A stretch of 64,000 nt of DNA, from NCBI GenBank assembly GCA_964648765.1, contig CAZYLF010000001.1, positions 79,042 through 143,041 on the forward strand, in the 5' to 3' direction. Below, piece after piece: positions 63,744 through 64,000 of the stretch. The notes under the pieces are model-generated. The model was not told the origin of the DNA. It did not search any database and saw only the letters and a program-made list of their open reading frames with translations. The stretch's first letter is position 1; every line of letters starts with the position of its first letter. A program made the position numbers and the translations under genes. The DNA comes from an uncultured Candidatus Saccharibacteria bacterium. GTDB taxonomy: Bacteria; Patescibacteriota; Minisyncoccia; Phycocordibacterales; JACOZG01.

Positions 63744-64000
63744 ATGATTATTAAGTTAACAAAAATTTTACTCTTGTCTGCCTGTTTGGTGTTTGTTTTT
63801 TCAACTAATGTGGGTGCTGTATGGACTGTCCCAAATTTACCAGCCAATCCATCCCCAATTTGTACTACGAGTTCATCCTGCAAGACACCAGTTAATGTTT
63901 CTCAATCATCCCAAGTTAAACCTGGCTTACTAAATCTTTTAAACCCAAGTGGGACATTGCCCACTTTTGTTGGCTTCTCCTCACTTTTTAGTACAACCAC
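63744..64000 (+). CDS. N-terminal fragment (gene continues beyond window edge) of tandem paralog 3
   Basis: Begins MIIKLTKILLLSACLVFVFSTNVGAVWTVPNLPANPSPICTTSSSCKTPVNVS, the same N-terminal block. Truncated at the window end. Confidence 0.45.
   Translation, partial: MIIKLTKILLLSACLVFVFSTNVGAVWTVPNLPANPSPICTTSSSCKTPVNVSQSSQVKPGLLNLLNPSGTLPTFVGFSSLFSTT

Overview
This window looks like a small, gene-dense bacterial chromosome segment. Its gene content (PrgI/VirB-like conjugation or T4SS genes, DUF192, TraB/GumN, a short trigger factor, many secreted Cys/Gly-rich proteins, scattered tRNAs) is consistent with a Patescibacteria/CPR-like organism, but that is an inference. GC varies along the window, roughly 40% to about 60% by my rough counts.

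Housekeeping genes are recognisable by motif: rsmA/ksgA, a UvrD/PcrA helicase, comM/yifB, a dksA/traR-like gene, rpsO, a PurA-family enzyme, a xerC/D-type recombinase, cca, alr, hup, rny, clpP, tig, ppa, nusA, coaE-coaD and a pyrD-pyrC pair.

Accessory content:
- Bases 1-7931: a truncated T4SS-like minus-strand locus (VirB4-like N-terminus at the window edge, PrgI-like, VirB6/TrbL-like, a 1050-aa secreted protein).
- 19849-22126: a two-gene vWA (TerY-like) plus J-domain/kinase-like unit.
- 23147-35656: a 12.5-kb minus-strand block of mostly uncharacterised genes split by intrinsic terminators into a coiled-coil gene, a terminator-bounded 7-gene operon centred on a classical AAA ATPase with several membrane proteins, and five short units sharing a promoter/leader motif (one is a cytidylate-kinase-like protein with a lysine-less P-loop).
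- 37704-50200: a tRNA-rich accessory stretch with tRNA-Arg and two tRNA-Gly plus all three tRNA-Pro isoacceptors (CGG, TGG, GGG), interleaved with orphan genes, each ended by its own rho-independent terminator. It also holds two small paralog families and an E. coli-type pyrC.
- 60921 to the window end: three tandem secreted paralogs with collagen-like and beta-roll-like repeats.

No CRISPR array, rRNA or clear transposase was seen. Many ORF-track starts are TTG/GTG read-throughs; where an SD plus ATG/GTG sits downstream I give the refined start.
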